Assembly: GCA_002353555.1 (NCBI GenBank)
Contig: DEJO01000018.1
Coordinates: 1,572-65,571 of the forward strand
Direction of reading: 5' to 3'
Source of the DNA: Prevotella sp. UBA2746
GTDB lineage: Bacteria > Bacteroidota > Bacteroidia > Bacteroidales > Bacteroidaceae
DNA: 64,000 nucleotides
Part shown: one piece after another, positions 1 to 9,170 of the stretch
Position numbering within the stretch: position 1 is the first letter of the stretch
Layout of the letters: every line of letters starts with the position of its first letter
The notes under the pieces: generated by a model
The model's database searches: none
The model's input: the letters and a program-made list of their open reading frames with translations, nothing else
What the model was told of the DNA's origin: nothing
Translations under genes and position numbers: made by a program

Positions 1-1274
1 TTCGGCAGAGTGATCAGCGGGTTCTTAATATGGTCGTAATAGTAGTTGGCAATCTGCTGACGATGGGCATTGTCCTCATCTAAATGGCGTAGCTTCACAT
101 CCAACACGGCAGCTTGGATTTCATCCAACCGGCTGTTGCGACCGACATACTTAAAGACATATTTGCGGGTTGAGCCGTAGTTGGCAAGGGCACGAATCGT
201 GTCCGCCAACTCTTTGTCGTTGGTCGTCACCGCACCGGCATCTCCAAACGCTCCAAGGTTCTTGCCAGGATAGAAGCTGTGGCCAGCGGCGGAGCCAAGT
301 GAACCAGTAGCCCCCCTACCCCCTGAAGGGGGAGTAAGGCAGGCAGACTTTATCTTCTCAAGAGTGTGCTCCGTATCATAGAGGACCTGTTCGTTGGTGA
401 AACGAAGGACTCTATATCCATAATCCTCAATAACTTTCGTTCTAATCGCATCTTCTTCTTGCTGTCCTTCCAGATTATGGTATTTTCCGTCCACCTCAAT
501 GATGAGTTTCGTTTCCAAACATGCGAAATCAGCTATATATTTGCCTATGATATGCTGTCGACGGAACTTAAGCCCCCCATGCCCCCTAAAGGGGGAGTTA
601 CCGTTCGTAGTACGTTGTTGTATAGCAGGTATTCTTCTTCTACTAAGTATTTCCCACAACAAGGATTCTGCTTCTGTTGGATGGTTGCGGTTCTTCTGTG
701 CATACTCTTTTAGTAGCGGATAAAGGATAGGATCCGCTAAATAAACTCCCCCTTTAGGGGGCAGGGGGCCTTTACATCCATGTGCCTGGGCATTGTCTTC
801 AACGAGTTTGAGGTTGTATTTCTTACATAATGCACCAATCTTCTCGGTATAAGCACAACGACCGTAGAGGTGGACGATAAGAATGGATTTTGTTCTTTCG
901 GTAATCGCTGCCTCTATTTGCTCGTCATCTATCTCCAGGGTGTCAAGACGCGGTTCCACGAACACAGGCTTCAGCCCGTTCTCCGTAATGGCAAGTACGG
1001 AGGCAATGAAAGTGTTGGCAGGCACGATGACCTCATCGCCAGGACGCATCACACCCAGTTCTATGTAGGCACGGAATATCCAGACAAGCGCATCCAGCCC
1101 GTTGCCGACACCCACACAATAGTCTGTACCAATATATTGAGCGTAATCCCTTTCAAACCGCTCATTCTCCTGTCCCTGGAGGTACCAACCGCTGTCCACC
1201 ACACGGCTCACCGCCTCGTGAATCTCATCGGCATATTTCGCCGTAACGTCTTTTAATGGAAGAAATGGTATCAT
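1..1274 (-). CDS. DegT/DnrJ/EryC1/StrS PLP-dependent sugar aminotransferase (3' end outside window) carrying an in-frame DUF559-like insertion
   Basis: Not in the ORF track because it runs off the window. ATG at 1274 ([10 protein letters not shown]...). Manual translation gives ...[12 protein letters not shown]-[insert][25 protein letters not shown], the family PLP-lysine motif. Frame checked codon by codon and open across 294-782. Confidence 0.93.
   Translation of the reverse strand, partial: MIPFLPLKDVTAKYADEIHEAVSRVVDSGWYLQGQENERFERDYAQYIGTDYCVGVGNGLDALVWIFRAYIELGVMRPGDEVIVPANTFIASVLAITENGLKPVFVEPRLDTLEIDDEQIEAAITERTKSILIVHLYGRCAYTEKIGALCKKYNLKLVEDNAQAHGCKGPLPPKGGVYLADPILYPLLKEYAQKNRNHPTEAESLLWEILSRRRIPAIQQRTTNGNSPFRGHGGLKFRRQHIIGKYIADFACLETKLIIEVDGKYHNLEGQQEEDAIRTKVIEDYGYRVLRFTNEQVLYDTEHTLEKIKSACLTPPSGGRGATGSLGSAAGHSFYPGKNLGAFGDAGAVTTNDKELADTIRALANYGSTRKYVFKYVGRNSRLDEIQAAVLDVKLRHLDEDNAHRQQIANYYYDHIKNPLITLP
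311..770 (-). mobile_element. REP-flanked DUF559/Vsr-like endonuclease cassette inserted in frame in the aminotransferase
   Basis: Encodes ...[17 protein letters not shown]...[31 protein letters not shown]...[23 protein letters not shown]. Bounded by inverted palindromic repeats at 311-335 and 745-770, with a third copy at 572-598. Visibly AT-richer than the host gene. Confidence 0.8.
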
Positions 1275-1406
1275 ATTTCTGTTTTGTTACTTCTTTCATC
1301 TTATTTTCATTTCTCAACTTGCAAATGTAGATAAAAATCTCGAATTACAAGCCAGCCGATACAAAGAATTATGTTTTCTTCATCGTAAACGTACCACACT
1401 ACTAAC

Positions 1407-2612
1407 CTATCGTTTCTTGACAATCTTTCCGATGGCCTTGTCGAGACGCTCCGTCGGTTCAATGATATTGTAGTCCTCCCAGAAGTCAGGATCACGGAAG
1501 AACTCCACATGGTCGAAGAACGCATCATGGGAGTCGAAAGACTCTCGTCCGGAGATAGGCCGGTCGGCAAGTTTACGGTCTGTTACTACCAGTTCAGCCA
1601 CGGCAGTGAAGTTGGTTGAAAACAGCCGGCGCTTCCAGTCGCATCCGAAGCGGAACGTGTTGCGCACATAGTGCATTGACGTCTTGCCGTCCACCGTGCG
1701 ATAATCGACCAGACACGACAGCTCCTTCGGTTTGAAGCGTACTCCCCTCGGCTTCTTGCGCAGCATGAACGCCGTCGCCTTGTCGCGGTCGCTCATGTCC
1801 AGCGACAGCTCTGCCCGTGTGAACGCCAGGCTCTCGCGGTCGATGTAAAGCTTACCGCTGAACAGGGCGTAGGGCTGAGGTATGCGCGGTGTGAGCGTGA
1901 CGACATATTGCAGACGGTCGTCAATGACTGCTGAGGGAGCCATCGCCAACGTATATTTCGCCAGCTCTTCCTCGTTGAGCAGGAAGTCGGTGTTCTTCAC
2001 CAGGTCGAGGTTGACGGGCAGCGTCGGACCACCCAGCACCTTCACACCCAGCGTGTCGCTCTGCTTCGGACTCACCAGCCGCCGTCCCTTCACGATTGCC
2101 ACGCGGTCACGATGCACGCTCTTCTGATAGCCCGTCTTATACATGTCTACCACTCCTTCCGCCACATAGATATAACGCTTGCGCTTCTGTGCCGTCTCAC
2201 GGTAGAAACACTGGTAAAGCTGTGGAGCGGTACTGTAGTTCTCCGGTACCTTCTGCAACGCCAGCCTCACCAACTGCCACGGGTCTTCGTTGAAGACCAC
2301 GATCTCCTTCAGCTGTACGGCGGTAGGCTGCAGCCGCACGTTGACAGGCTCACTATGGCCATCGGGTATCTTCACCCGCACAGTACGATAGCCAATGTGC
2401 GAGATGCTGAGCTGCCTGCTTCCCAAGGACACCTTCAACGTGAAGGCACCATCGTCGTTCGTCACCACAGAGGAGGCGCCTGCCGCCACCGTTGCCTGAG
2501 CGATGGGGTCTCCCGTCTTCGCGTCCGTCACCGTTCCCGTCAGCACGCTGAGCTGCGCCTGAACAGTCATGCACAGCAACAGCATTCCAAGGATATTCAT
2601 CAGTCTTTTCAT
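1407..2612 (-). CDS. Secreted protein with carboxypeptidase-regulatory-like (CarboxypepD_reg) N-terminal domain
   Basis: 401-aa ORF; signal peptide; LTGTVTDAKTGDPIAQATV...VTNDDGAFTL...ISHIGY motif. Confidence 0.8.
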   Translation of the reverse strand: MKRLMNILGMLLLCMTVQAQLSVLTGTVTDAKTGDPIAQATVAAGASSVVTNDDGAFTLKVSLGSRQLSISHIGYRTVRVKIPDGHSEPVNVRLQPTAVQLKEIVVFNEDPWQLVRLALQKVPENYSTAPQLYQCFYRETAQKRKRYIYVAEGVVDMYKTGYQKSVHRDRVAIVKGRRLVSPKQSDTLGVKVLGGPTLPVNLDLVKNTDFLLNEEELAKYTLAMAPSAVIDDRLQYVVTLTPRIPQPYALFSGKLYIDRESLAFTRAELSLDMSDRDKATAFMLRKKPRGVRFKPKELSCLVDYRTVDGKTSMHYVRNTFRFGCDWKRRLFSTNFTAVAELVVTDRKLADRPISGRESFDSHDAFFDHVEFFRDPDFWEDYNIIEPTERLDKAIGKIVKKR

Positions 2613-2694
2613 GTCAGTCTGCGTTAGTTACGCTACAAAGGTAGTAAATAATTGACAATTGATAATTGACAATTGACAATTATTTAATTCACAA

Positions 2695-2864
2695 TTCAAG
2701 TTTCGCTTGTTGCTCAACTTTGGAGTGGAAAGGAATGGAAGGGGAGTTAGCAGCTTCGCTGCTGGAGTGAAAAGGACGATAGTTTTCTTTATTTAGAAGT
2801 TCTGATGTCCCTTTAACTCCCTTTTAACTCCCTTTTAACTCCCTTTTAACTTCCGAAAGTTGAA
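2695..2864. mobile_element. 170-bp MITE-like dispersed element, copy 1
   Basis: Near-identical inverted copy at 13229-13398; imperfect 11-bp terminal inverted repeats TTCAAGTTTCG / CGAAAGTTGAA; internal decamer repeats ttttaactcc. Confidence 0.8.
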
Positions 2865-2893
2865 TTCATAATTAACAATTCATAATTTACAAC

Positions 2894-2919
2894 ACCCCCC
2901 TTTAGGGGGCTGGGGGGCT
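2894..2919. repeat. Solo REP-like palindrome (same family as the DUF559 cassette ends)
   Basis: acccccctttagggggctggggggc versus actccccctttagggggcagggggcc at 745-770. Confidence 0.8.
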
Positions 2920-2954
2920 TTCAATTCATAATTATTTTGTATCTTTGCAGTCAA

Positions 2955-3944
2955 ATGGGAAAGATGACAAGAATAAGTATCCTTATCACGGCGTTATGCT
3001 GGAGCATGGCAACAGTTGCCATGACACCACTGAAGCGGTTGCCGTGGTTGCAGAAAGGCGACACGATAGCGATATTGTCGCCTGGCGGATGGGTTCAACA
3101 AAAAGTTGTAGACGGAGGTGCCAACACATTGAGACTGTGGGGATTTACGCCTATAGCAGCAGCGAACGCCACGAAGGAGTGGCACGGCTTCGGCGGCACT
3201 ATCGAGCAACGGAAGGAAGACCTGTTGTGGGCGCTTCGCTCACCTGGCATCAAAGCCATCATGCCCACACGTGGAGGAGACGGCACACCCCACCTGCTGT
3301 GCGAGATTCCGTTGGACACTTTACGTCGATACCCCAAGTGGATAATCGGCTTCAGCGACATCACCGCCCTGCTCTCTGCCGAAGCCTGTGCCGGTTATCA
3401 GAGCATCCACGGCAGCATGTGTGAAGCCATAGCCCGATACAACGGCACCGACACAGTGAGCCAGGCGGTGTTAGGTATGCTCACCGGCCGACTGCCCCAC
3501 TACAAGGTGAAGCCCCATCCCTTGAACCAACGGGGACGGGCACGCGGCATGCTCCTCGGCGGCAACATGTCGGTATACGGAGGACTGGCAGGTTCGGAGT
3601 ACGATTTCCTGAAATACATCGAGAAAGAAGACTGCATCCTCTTCATCGAGGACCTGGGGGAGAGCATCGCACGTGTAGACCGCATGCTGCACCTGCTGGA
3701 GCTGCGCGGTCTGCTGAGTCATCTGAAAGGCATCATCTGCGGCAAGTTTACGAAATACACGCATCCCGACATCGGCTACAGCGACATGTACGAGATGCTG
3801 CACCAGTACCTGCAACGCTACCCCATCCCCGTCTGCTACGACTTTCCCGTAGGTCATGCCCACCTGCAAAACTTCCCCATGCTGGTGGGCAGCGAGGTGA
3901 CGTTCATCGTCGACGATGAAGGAACCGAACTGAAGTTCCATTAA
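2955..3944 (+). CDS. LD-carboxypeptidase (peptidase S66)
   Basis: GDTIAILSPG, TRGGDG, IIGFSDITAL (catalytic Ser), LFIED, FPVGH motifs; start chosen downstream of the -7 box. Confidence 0.92.
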   Translation: MGKMTRISILITALCWSMATVAMTPLKRLPWLQKGDTIAILSPGGWVQQKVVDGGANTLRLWGFTPIAAANATKEWHGFGGTIEQRKEDLLWALRSPGIKAIMPTRGGDGTPHLLCEIPLDTLRRYPKWIIGFSDITALLSAEACAGYQSIHGSMCEAIARYNGTDTVSQAVLGMLTGRLPHYKVKPHPLNQRGRARGMLLGGNMSVYGGLAGSEYDFLKYIEKEDCILFIEDLGESIARVDRMLHLLELRGLLSHLKGIICGKFTKYTHPDIGYSDMYEMLHQYLQRYPIPVCYDFPVGHAHLQNFPMLVGSEVTFIVDDEGTELKFH

Positions 3945-4051
3945 AAAAATAGGTGACAATTACCTCTCTTTACGCATTTTTTAGTACCTTTGTCGCCGAT
4001 TGGTGTCATCAAGACATCTACATGACCATAAAGCAACAGGCAAAACTGACA

Positions 4052-4885
4052 ATGAAAAGAATTATTTTTATCCTTATAACTGCTGCCTTTGCAGTAAGCG
4101 GTGTGCAGGCGCAGTCGGCACTGAAGAAAGGGTTCAACAACTTTAAGAGCCTCATCGTGCAACACGAGAAACCTACGGGCGTACACGATACGTGGGACTT
4201 GTATGCAGGACTGAAAGTCGGCATCAACGGTTCGCGGTTCATGGGTGCCAACGGCAAGTTCAAGCCGGGTTTCTATGTGGGTGCCACGGTAGAAACGTTC
4301 TTCCATCCGCAGTGGGGCATCGACTTCGAGATTGGCTACTCGCACCAAGGTGCCAAGGGCATCAGTGCCGTCACAAACTCCCACTCCACCTTCCGCACAG
4401 CTCTTGAGCGGGAAGAAGGTGCCGAACACATTACCATCTACCACGATTGCACCAGGGACTCCCACACCACGGGAACCTACGACGTGAACCTTGACTACCT
4501 GAATACGACTTACTTGATTCGCTGGTATCCCAAGCGCCACCTGCCGCTGAGCGTCTATACGGGTGTTCATGTCTATCGCATCATCCACTCCAGCATGCAC
4601 CTGCGCGGCGAACGCACACAGACTGTCAGTGACTTGGTTGACGGTACGTCTACGACCGACACCTACGCTGTCGATGCCAAGGAGAAAATCAACGACGACC
4701 TGCACAGAGGTGATGTTGCCATCCCGTTAGGCGTTTCCTACGAGGTAGGCCAGTGGCAGTTTGATGCCCGCTACAACTTCTCGTTCCGCCATCTGGCAAA
4801 GAGCAACAGGATGAAGCAGATTCTGGGCAATGGTACCAACAGCCTGGTGATGCTTTCCGCAGCCTATCGCATTCATTTCTTCTAA
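4052..4885 (+). CDS. Outer-membrane beta-barrel (porin/PorT-like) protein
   Basis: Signal peptide, GLKVGIN, VNLDYL, DARYNF motifs, C-terminal aromatic residue. Confidence 0.75.
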   Translation: MKRIIFILITAAFAVSGVQAQSALKKGFNNFKSLIVQHEKPTGVHDTWDLYAGLKVGINGSRFMGANGKFKPGFYVGATVETFFHPQWGIDFEIGYSHQGAKGISAVTNSHSTFRTALEREEGAEHITIYHDCTRDSHTTGTYDVNLDYLNTTYLIRWYPKRHLPLSVYTGVHVYRIIHSSMHLRGERTQTVSDLVDGTSTTDTYAVDAKEKINDDLHRGDVAIPLGVSYEVGQWQFDARYNFSFRHLAKSNRMKQILGNGTNSLVMLSAAYRIHFF

Positions 4886-4996
4886 ATGAAAGATGAAAAA
4901 TGAAAGATTAAAAATTAAGATGGGAAGATGGGAAGATGAAAAAGATGGGAAAGGGATGGCAATTGTGAAATCGTGAAATTGTAAAATCGTGAAATC
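4886..4996. repeat. Mixed heptamer/octamer short tandem repeats
   Basis: aatgaaa/gatgaaa, agatggga, tgtgaaa/cgtgaaa units. Confidence 0.65.
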
Positions 4997-6302
4997 ATAT
5001 AGTGGTCAAATCATAATGTTCGTCGCCTTGTTGCTATACGCAGTCAGCAACAAGGCGATGGCTTATACCGGCAACGACAGTGTGGTACCGCCGCGCTATT
5101 CCTACGAACTGAAGGTGGCACCCGGAAAGGTGTTGGCTACCGACAAGTATGTGAAGAAGTGGCTGAAGGAGAAAAACACCTGGTCGCTGGCAGCAGAACT
5201 GCACTACACGCCACAACCTGAAGACAACGACGAGTTCGCCAAAGACTACAACTACCCCACCTTTTCCTTGGGACTACGCTACAGTTTCAACCACGGGACA
5301 ACGATGCACCGCGAAGCCGATCCCGACTGGGGGAAGCTTGTTCCCGTTGATTACGACTCACAGTTAGGGAATGTCGTGACGCTCTATGGCACCTTCTCGC
5401 GTCCACTCTACCGCAACCGCCACTGGGAGTTCTCTTATTTCTTGGGCACGGGTGTGGGCTACAGTCATAAGAAGTACAACCGCACCGACCAGATAGACAA
5501 CGAACTGATAGGCTCCCACCTGAACATCTACTTCACGGCAGGTGCCTTTGCTGTCTACCGCATCTGCAGGGAATGGGGCATCAAGGGCGGCATCGACTTC
5601 AGCCACCACAGCAATGGGGCGCTCCATCGTCCGAACAAGGGTACCAACTATTTCGGACCGTTCATCGGAGTGGTGTATTACGGGGAGGATAGTTCTAGAA
5701 ATTCTAGTAATGCTAGTAATGCTAGTAAATCTAGCTCATCCCATCCTTCTGCCCTTTCCCATCAAGCAGGCTTTTCGCCTTATTGGTTTGCAGAGCTCTC
5801 GGCGGGAATAGGAGCAAAGACGCTCCTGGAAGACTGGCAGCGCACGCAGTTCCAGACGGAGCCGGGCGATCCGGACTACCGCACGGAGCATTTCAAGATG
5901 TATGCTGCCTACTCGCTGCAGGCGGATGTCCTTTACCGCTATGCCCGCCGCTGGGCATCCGGGCTTGGAGTAGATTTGTTCTATGGCAGTTACAGCAACC
6001 ACGTCAAGGAATTGGATGCTGCCGACGGCTACGATGACAAGCATAGTCCGTGGTCGGTGGGCATCGCTGCCAAACATGAGGTCTTCTACCGTAACCTCTC
6101 GGTGCGCATGGGCATCGGCTACTACCTCTTCCGCCGAATGGGACACAGTGCCAAAGAGGTGGAAAAGCCATACTACGAGCGTATCGGCGTTCACTATGCC
6201 TTCCCGAAACTCAACGGACTCTCCATCGGTTTCAACGTGAATGCGCACCTCACCAAGGCTGACTTCACAGAGATACAAATCTCGTATCCGATAAAACTAT
6301 AG
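4989..6302 (+). CDS. Acyloxyacyl hydrolase / PagL-like lipid A deacylase beta-barrel
   Basis: NELIGSHLNIYF and FSHHSNGALHRPNKGTN motifs; start could be the ATG at 5016. Confidence 0.78.
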   Translation: MKSYSGQIIMFVALLLYAVSNKAMAYTGNDSVVPPRYSYELKVAPGKVLATDKYVKKWLKEKNTWSLAAELHYTPQPEDNDEFAKDYNYPTFSLGLRYSFNHGTTMHREADPDWGKLVPVDYDSQLGNVVTLYGTFSRPLYRNRHWEFSYFLGTGVGYSHKKYNRTDQIDNELIGSHLNIYFTAGAFAVYRICREWGIKGGIDFSHHSNGALHRPNKGTNYFGPFIGVVYYGEDSSRNSSNASNASKSSSSHPSALSHQAGFSPYWFAELSAGIGAKTLLEDWQRTQFQTEPGDPDYRTEHFKMYAAYSLQADVLYRYARRWASGLGVDLFYGSYSNHVKELDAADGYDDKHSPWSVGIAAKHEVFYRNLSVRMGIGYYLFRRMGHSAKEVEKPYYERIGVHYAFPKLNGLSIGFNVNAHLTKADFTEIQISYPIKL

Positions 6303-6311
6303 GAGTTTTCA

Positions 6312-7280
6312 TTAGCGCCAACCGTTGAGGAAGTCACGGGCTGGCATTCGTTTCTTACCGCTCAGCTGCACTTCAAGGAGTTCAAGAAGGCAGTCCTCAC
6401 AATTCATGTACAAATGGTTTTTCTCCATATACAGCGTGCCGGGGAGGTCGTTCTTCGGCAGTGTTGTCTTCCGTGACCGGTATATCTTCAGCACCAGTTG
6501 CTGCCCTTCCGCATTCGTCACCTCCGTCCATGCACCAGGGTAAGGACTCAGTCCGCGAATGAAGTCATAAACACGTTTTACTGGCTGTTGCCAATTGATT
6601 TGGCAAGTTTCCTTGAAAATCTTGGGAGCAAGGGGGAGAGGAGAGTCTATAGTTGAGAGTTGAGAGTCTAGAGTGGAGGGTTGAGGGATGCTATCGACAT
6701 GACCGTTGCCGTCAATGATGCGGTCGATGGTGTCGACGGCAATCTGTGCACCCATCCTCATCAGTCCGTCATAGACATATTCCACATCGGCATCGTCGGG
6801 GATGTCGAAGGACCTTTGCATGATGATGCGTCCTGTGTCGATGTCATGGTCGAGGAAGAAGGTGGTGACTCCCGTTTCCGTCTCACCATTGATGACCGCC
6901 CAGTTGATGGGTGCCGCACCACGGTATTTCGGCAGCAGGGCAGCATGGACATTAAACGTGCCAAAGCGGGGCATCGCCCATACTACTTCAGGCAACATGC
7001 GGAAGGCGACGACCACCTGCAGGTCGGCATGATAGCCGCGCAACTGCTCCAAGAAGTCAGGGTCTTTCATCTTTTCCGGCTGCAACACCGGCAGCCCGTG
7101 TGCCACGGCATACTGCTTCACCTGCGAAGGTTGCAGCACCGAGCCGTGACGTCCTACCGGTTTGTCGGGTTGTGTGACGACCGCCACCACGTTGTATTCA
7201 TTCTCCACCAATGCCTTCAGGGTCTCAACGGCAAACTCCGGAGTCCCCATAAATATGATTCTTAAATCTTTCTTGTCCAT
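6312..7280 (-). CDS. fmt: Methionyl-tRNA formyltransferase
   Basis: IIFMGTPEFAV, VVTQPDKPVGR, NVHAALLPKYRGAAPINWA, IRGLSPYPGAW. Confidence 0.97.
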   Translation of the reverse strand: MDKKDLRIIFMGTPEFAVETLKALVENEYNVVAVVTQPDKPVGRHGSVLQPSQVKQYAVAHGLPVLQPEKMKDPDFLEQLRGYHADLQVVVAFRMLPEVVWAMPRFGTFNVHAALLPKYRGAAPINWAVINGETETGVTTFFLDHDIDTGRIIMQRSFDIPDDADVEYVYDGLMRMGAQIAVDTIDRIIDGNGHVDSIPQPSTLDSQLSTIDSPLPLAPKIFKETCQINWQQPVKRVYDFIRGLSPYPGAWTEVTNAEGQQLVLKIYRSRKTTLPKNDLPGTLYMEKNHLYMNCEDCLLELLEVQLSGKKRMPARDFLNGWR

Positions 7281-7297
7281 GATTCATTCCACTATTG

Positions 7298-9091
7298 TTA
7301 CTCCTGCGACAAGTCCGCTACCATCTCCCTATACATGGTGAACATGCGGGCACGGGAGATGTAACCCAGCAGATGACGGTCGTGGTCGAGGACGGGCAGC
7401 GTGGCGGCGCTCGTCCGTTCGAAGGTACGCATCACATCCTCCATCGGGTCATTGACACTCAGCACGGCAGGCGGCTGCGTCATGATCTGGCTCACCTTGA
7501 AGCGGTGATACAGTTCGGTCCTGAAGATGACATGCCGCAGTTTCGTGATGTCTATCTCACCTAACAGTCCGCCGGCATCATCACACACGGGGATATACTC
7601 CATACGGCTGCGGCTGATGACATGGACAAGCTGTCCCATCTCCAGGTCGGGATTAACCGATGTATATTCGCGCTCGATAACACTGTCGAGGCTCATCAGC
7701 GTCAGCACCGCATGATCGGTATGGTGAGTGATGAGCTTACCCTCGCGTGCCAGTCGCATGGCATAGATGCTGTGGGGTTCAAAGAGGTAGATGGTCAGGT
7801 AGGACATCACACTGACAATCATCAGCGGCAGGAACAGCTGATAGCCACCTGTCAGCTCGGCAATGAGGAAGATGCCGGTCAACGGAGCGTGCATCACGCC
7901 CGCCATGACACCTGCCATGCCCAACAAGGTAAAGTTCTTCTCCGGCACATAAACCCCGATGTCGTGCATGTTCCACAGGCGAGAGAAGAAGAAGCCCATG
8001 AAGCCACCGATGAACAGCGAAGGTGCAAACGTACCGCCACAGCCGCCGGCCCCGTTGGTGGCAGACGTTGCAAACACTTTCGTAAGGATGACGAAGCCCA
8101 CGTAGAGCACCAGCATGTTTCCGTTGCCTGCAAAGAGCGACTGGTTGAGCAGCTGGTTCCAGTCACCCTCACCACTGCCATTGATAAAGATGCTCAGGCT
8201 GTCGTAGCCCTCGCCGTAGAGTGCTGGGAAACAAAAGATAAGCGAGCTCAGGAGAATGCCTCCTATCAGAAGTTTCAGATAGGGGTACTTCGACAACTTG
8301 GCGAAACCATTCTCGCACCATGTCATCATGCGCATGAAGTAGAGCGACAGCAGGCCGCACGCCACCCCTAAGAGAATGGTGGGCGGAACACGCTCCAACT
8401 GCCACGAGCCGTCCATGTGGAACTGAAACAGCGACTCACTGCCCGTAAAGAAGTAGGAGAAGCACGTCGCCGTCACCGAAGAGACGAGGATGGGCAGCAG
8501 TGATGCCATCGTCAGGTCGACCATCAGCACCTCCAGGGTGAACACGAGTCCGGCGATGGGAGCCTTGAAGATGCCGGCGATGGCTGCCGAGGCACCGCAT
8601 CCCACAAGCAGCATCAGCGTCTTGTTGTCCATCTTGAACAGTTGTCCGAGGTTGCTGCCTATGGCTGAGCCCGTCAACACGATAGGTGCCTCTGCTCCCA
8701 CCGAGCCACCGAAGCCGATGGTGATGGCAGAAGCGACAACAGAACTCCACGTGTTGTGCTTCTTCAGCCGCGACCGCTTGGTGCTGATGGCATAGAGGAC
8801 GCGCGTGATACCGTGGGAGATGTTGTCCTTGACGACATACTTCACGAACAGATAGGTGAGGTAGATGCCCACGACGGGGAAGATGAGGTACAGCCAGTTG
8901 GACGAGTCTACCTTGAAGCCCGACCGCAGCAGCACCTGTATCTGGTGGATGAGCGTATGCAACACAAACGCTGCAACGGCGGAGAACAGCCCCACGAAGA
9001 ATGCGAGCAGCAACGTAAACTGCCTGTCGGAGACATGGCGTTCACGCCATCTCACCACCTTTTCTAATATATTAACCTTTTCTTCTTCCAA
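7298..9091 (-). CDS. ClC chloride channel/antiporter with C-terminal CBS domains
   Basis: GGSVGAEAP, GGCGGTFAPSLF, multiple TM segments; TTG start. Confidence 0.92.
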   Translation of the reverse strand: MEEEKVNILEKVVRWRERHVSDRQFTLLLAFFVGLFSAVAAFVLHTLIHQIQVLLRSGFKVDSSNWLYLIFPVVGIYLTYLFVKYVVKDNISHGITRVLYAISTKRSRLKKHNTWSSVVASAITIGFGGSVGAEAPIVLTGSAIGSNLGQLFKMDNKTLMLLVGCGASAAIAGIFKAPIAGLVFTLEVLMVDLTMASLLPILVSSVTATCFSYFFTGSESLFQFHMDGSWQLERVPPTILLGVACGLLSLYFMRMMTWCENGFAKLSKYPYLKLLIGGILLSSLIFCFPALYGEGYDSLSIFINGSGEGDWNQLLNQSLFAGNGNMLVLYVGFVILTKVFATSATNGAGGCGGTFAPSLFIGGFMGFFFSRLWNMHDIGVYVPEKNFTLLGMAGVMAGVMHAPLTGIFLIAELTGGYQLFLPLMIVSVMSYLTIYLFEPHSIYAMRLAREGKLITHHTDHAVLTLMSLDSVIEREYTSVNPDLEMGQLVHVISRSRMEYIPVCDDAGGLLGEIDITKLRHVIFRTELYHRFKVSQIMTQPPAVLSVNDPMEDVMRTFERTSAATLPVLDHDRHLLGYISRARMFTMYREMVADLSQE

Positions 9092-9170
9092 TACAATTGC
9101 TTTTTTCGTTAGAGATGTTTAGGGCTTGAGGGTTATGGGCATCATGGACGGTTTGGGCATCCTTCACCCT

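Larger units (their letters stand above)
2636..2947. promoter_or_regulatory. Divergent promoter region built of heptamer repeats, with nested MITE and REP
   Basis: Outward-facing TAnnTTTG boxes at 2636-2643 (minus) and 2940-2947 (plus); attgaca/aattcat heptamers between them. Confidence 0.7.

Noticed and set aside
311-770. Intein or group I/II intron interpretation of the insert
   Set aside because: No intein C-terminal His-Asn or Hint motifs and no room for a ribozyme core; almost all of the insert is the nuclease-like domain.
366-1256. Plus-strand ORFs 366-713, 499-723, 870-1256 and 883-1068
   Set aside because: Antisense shadows of the minus-strand aminotransferase/DUF559 frame, which carries the real motifs.
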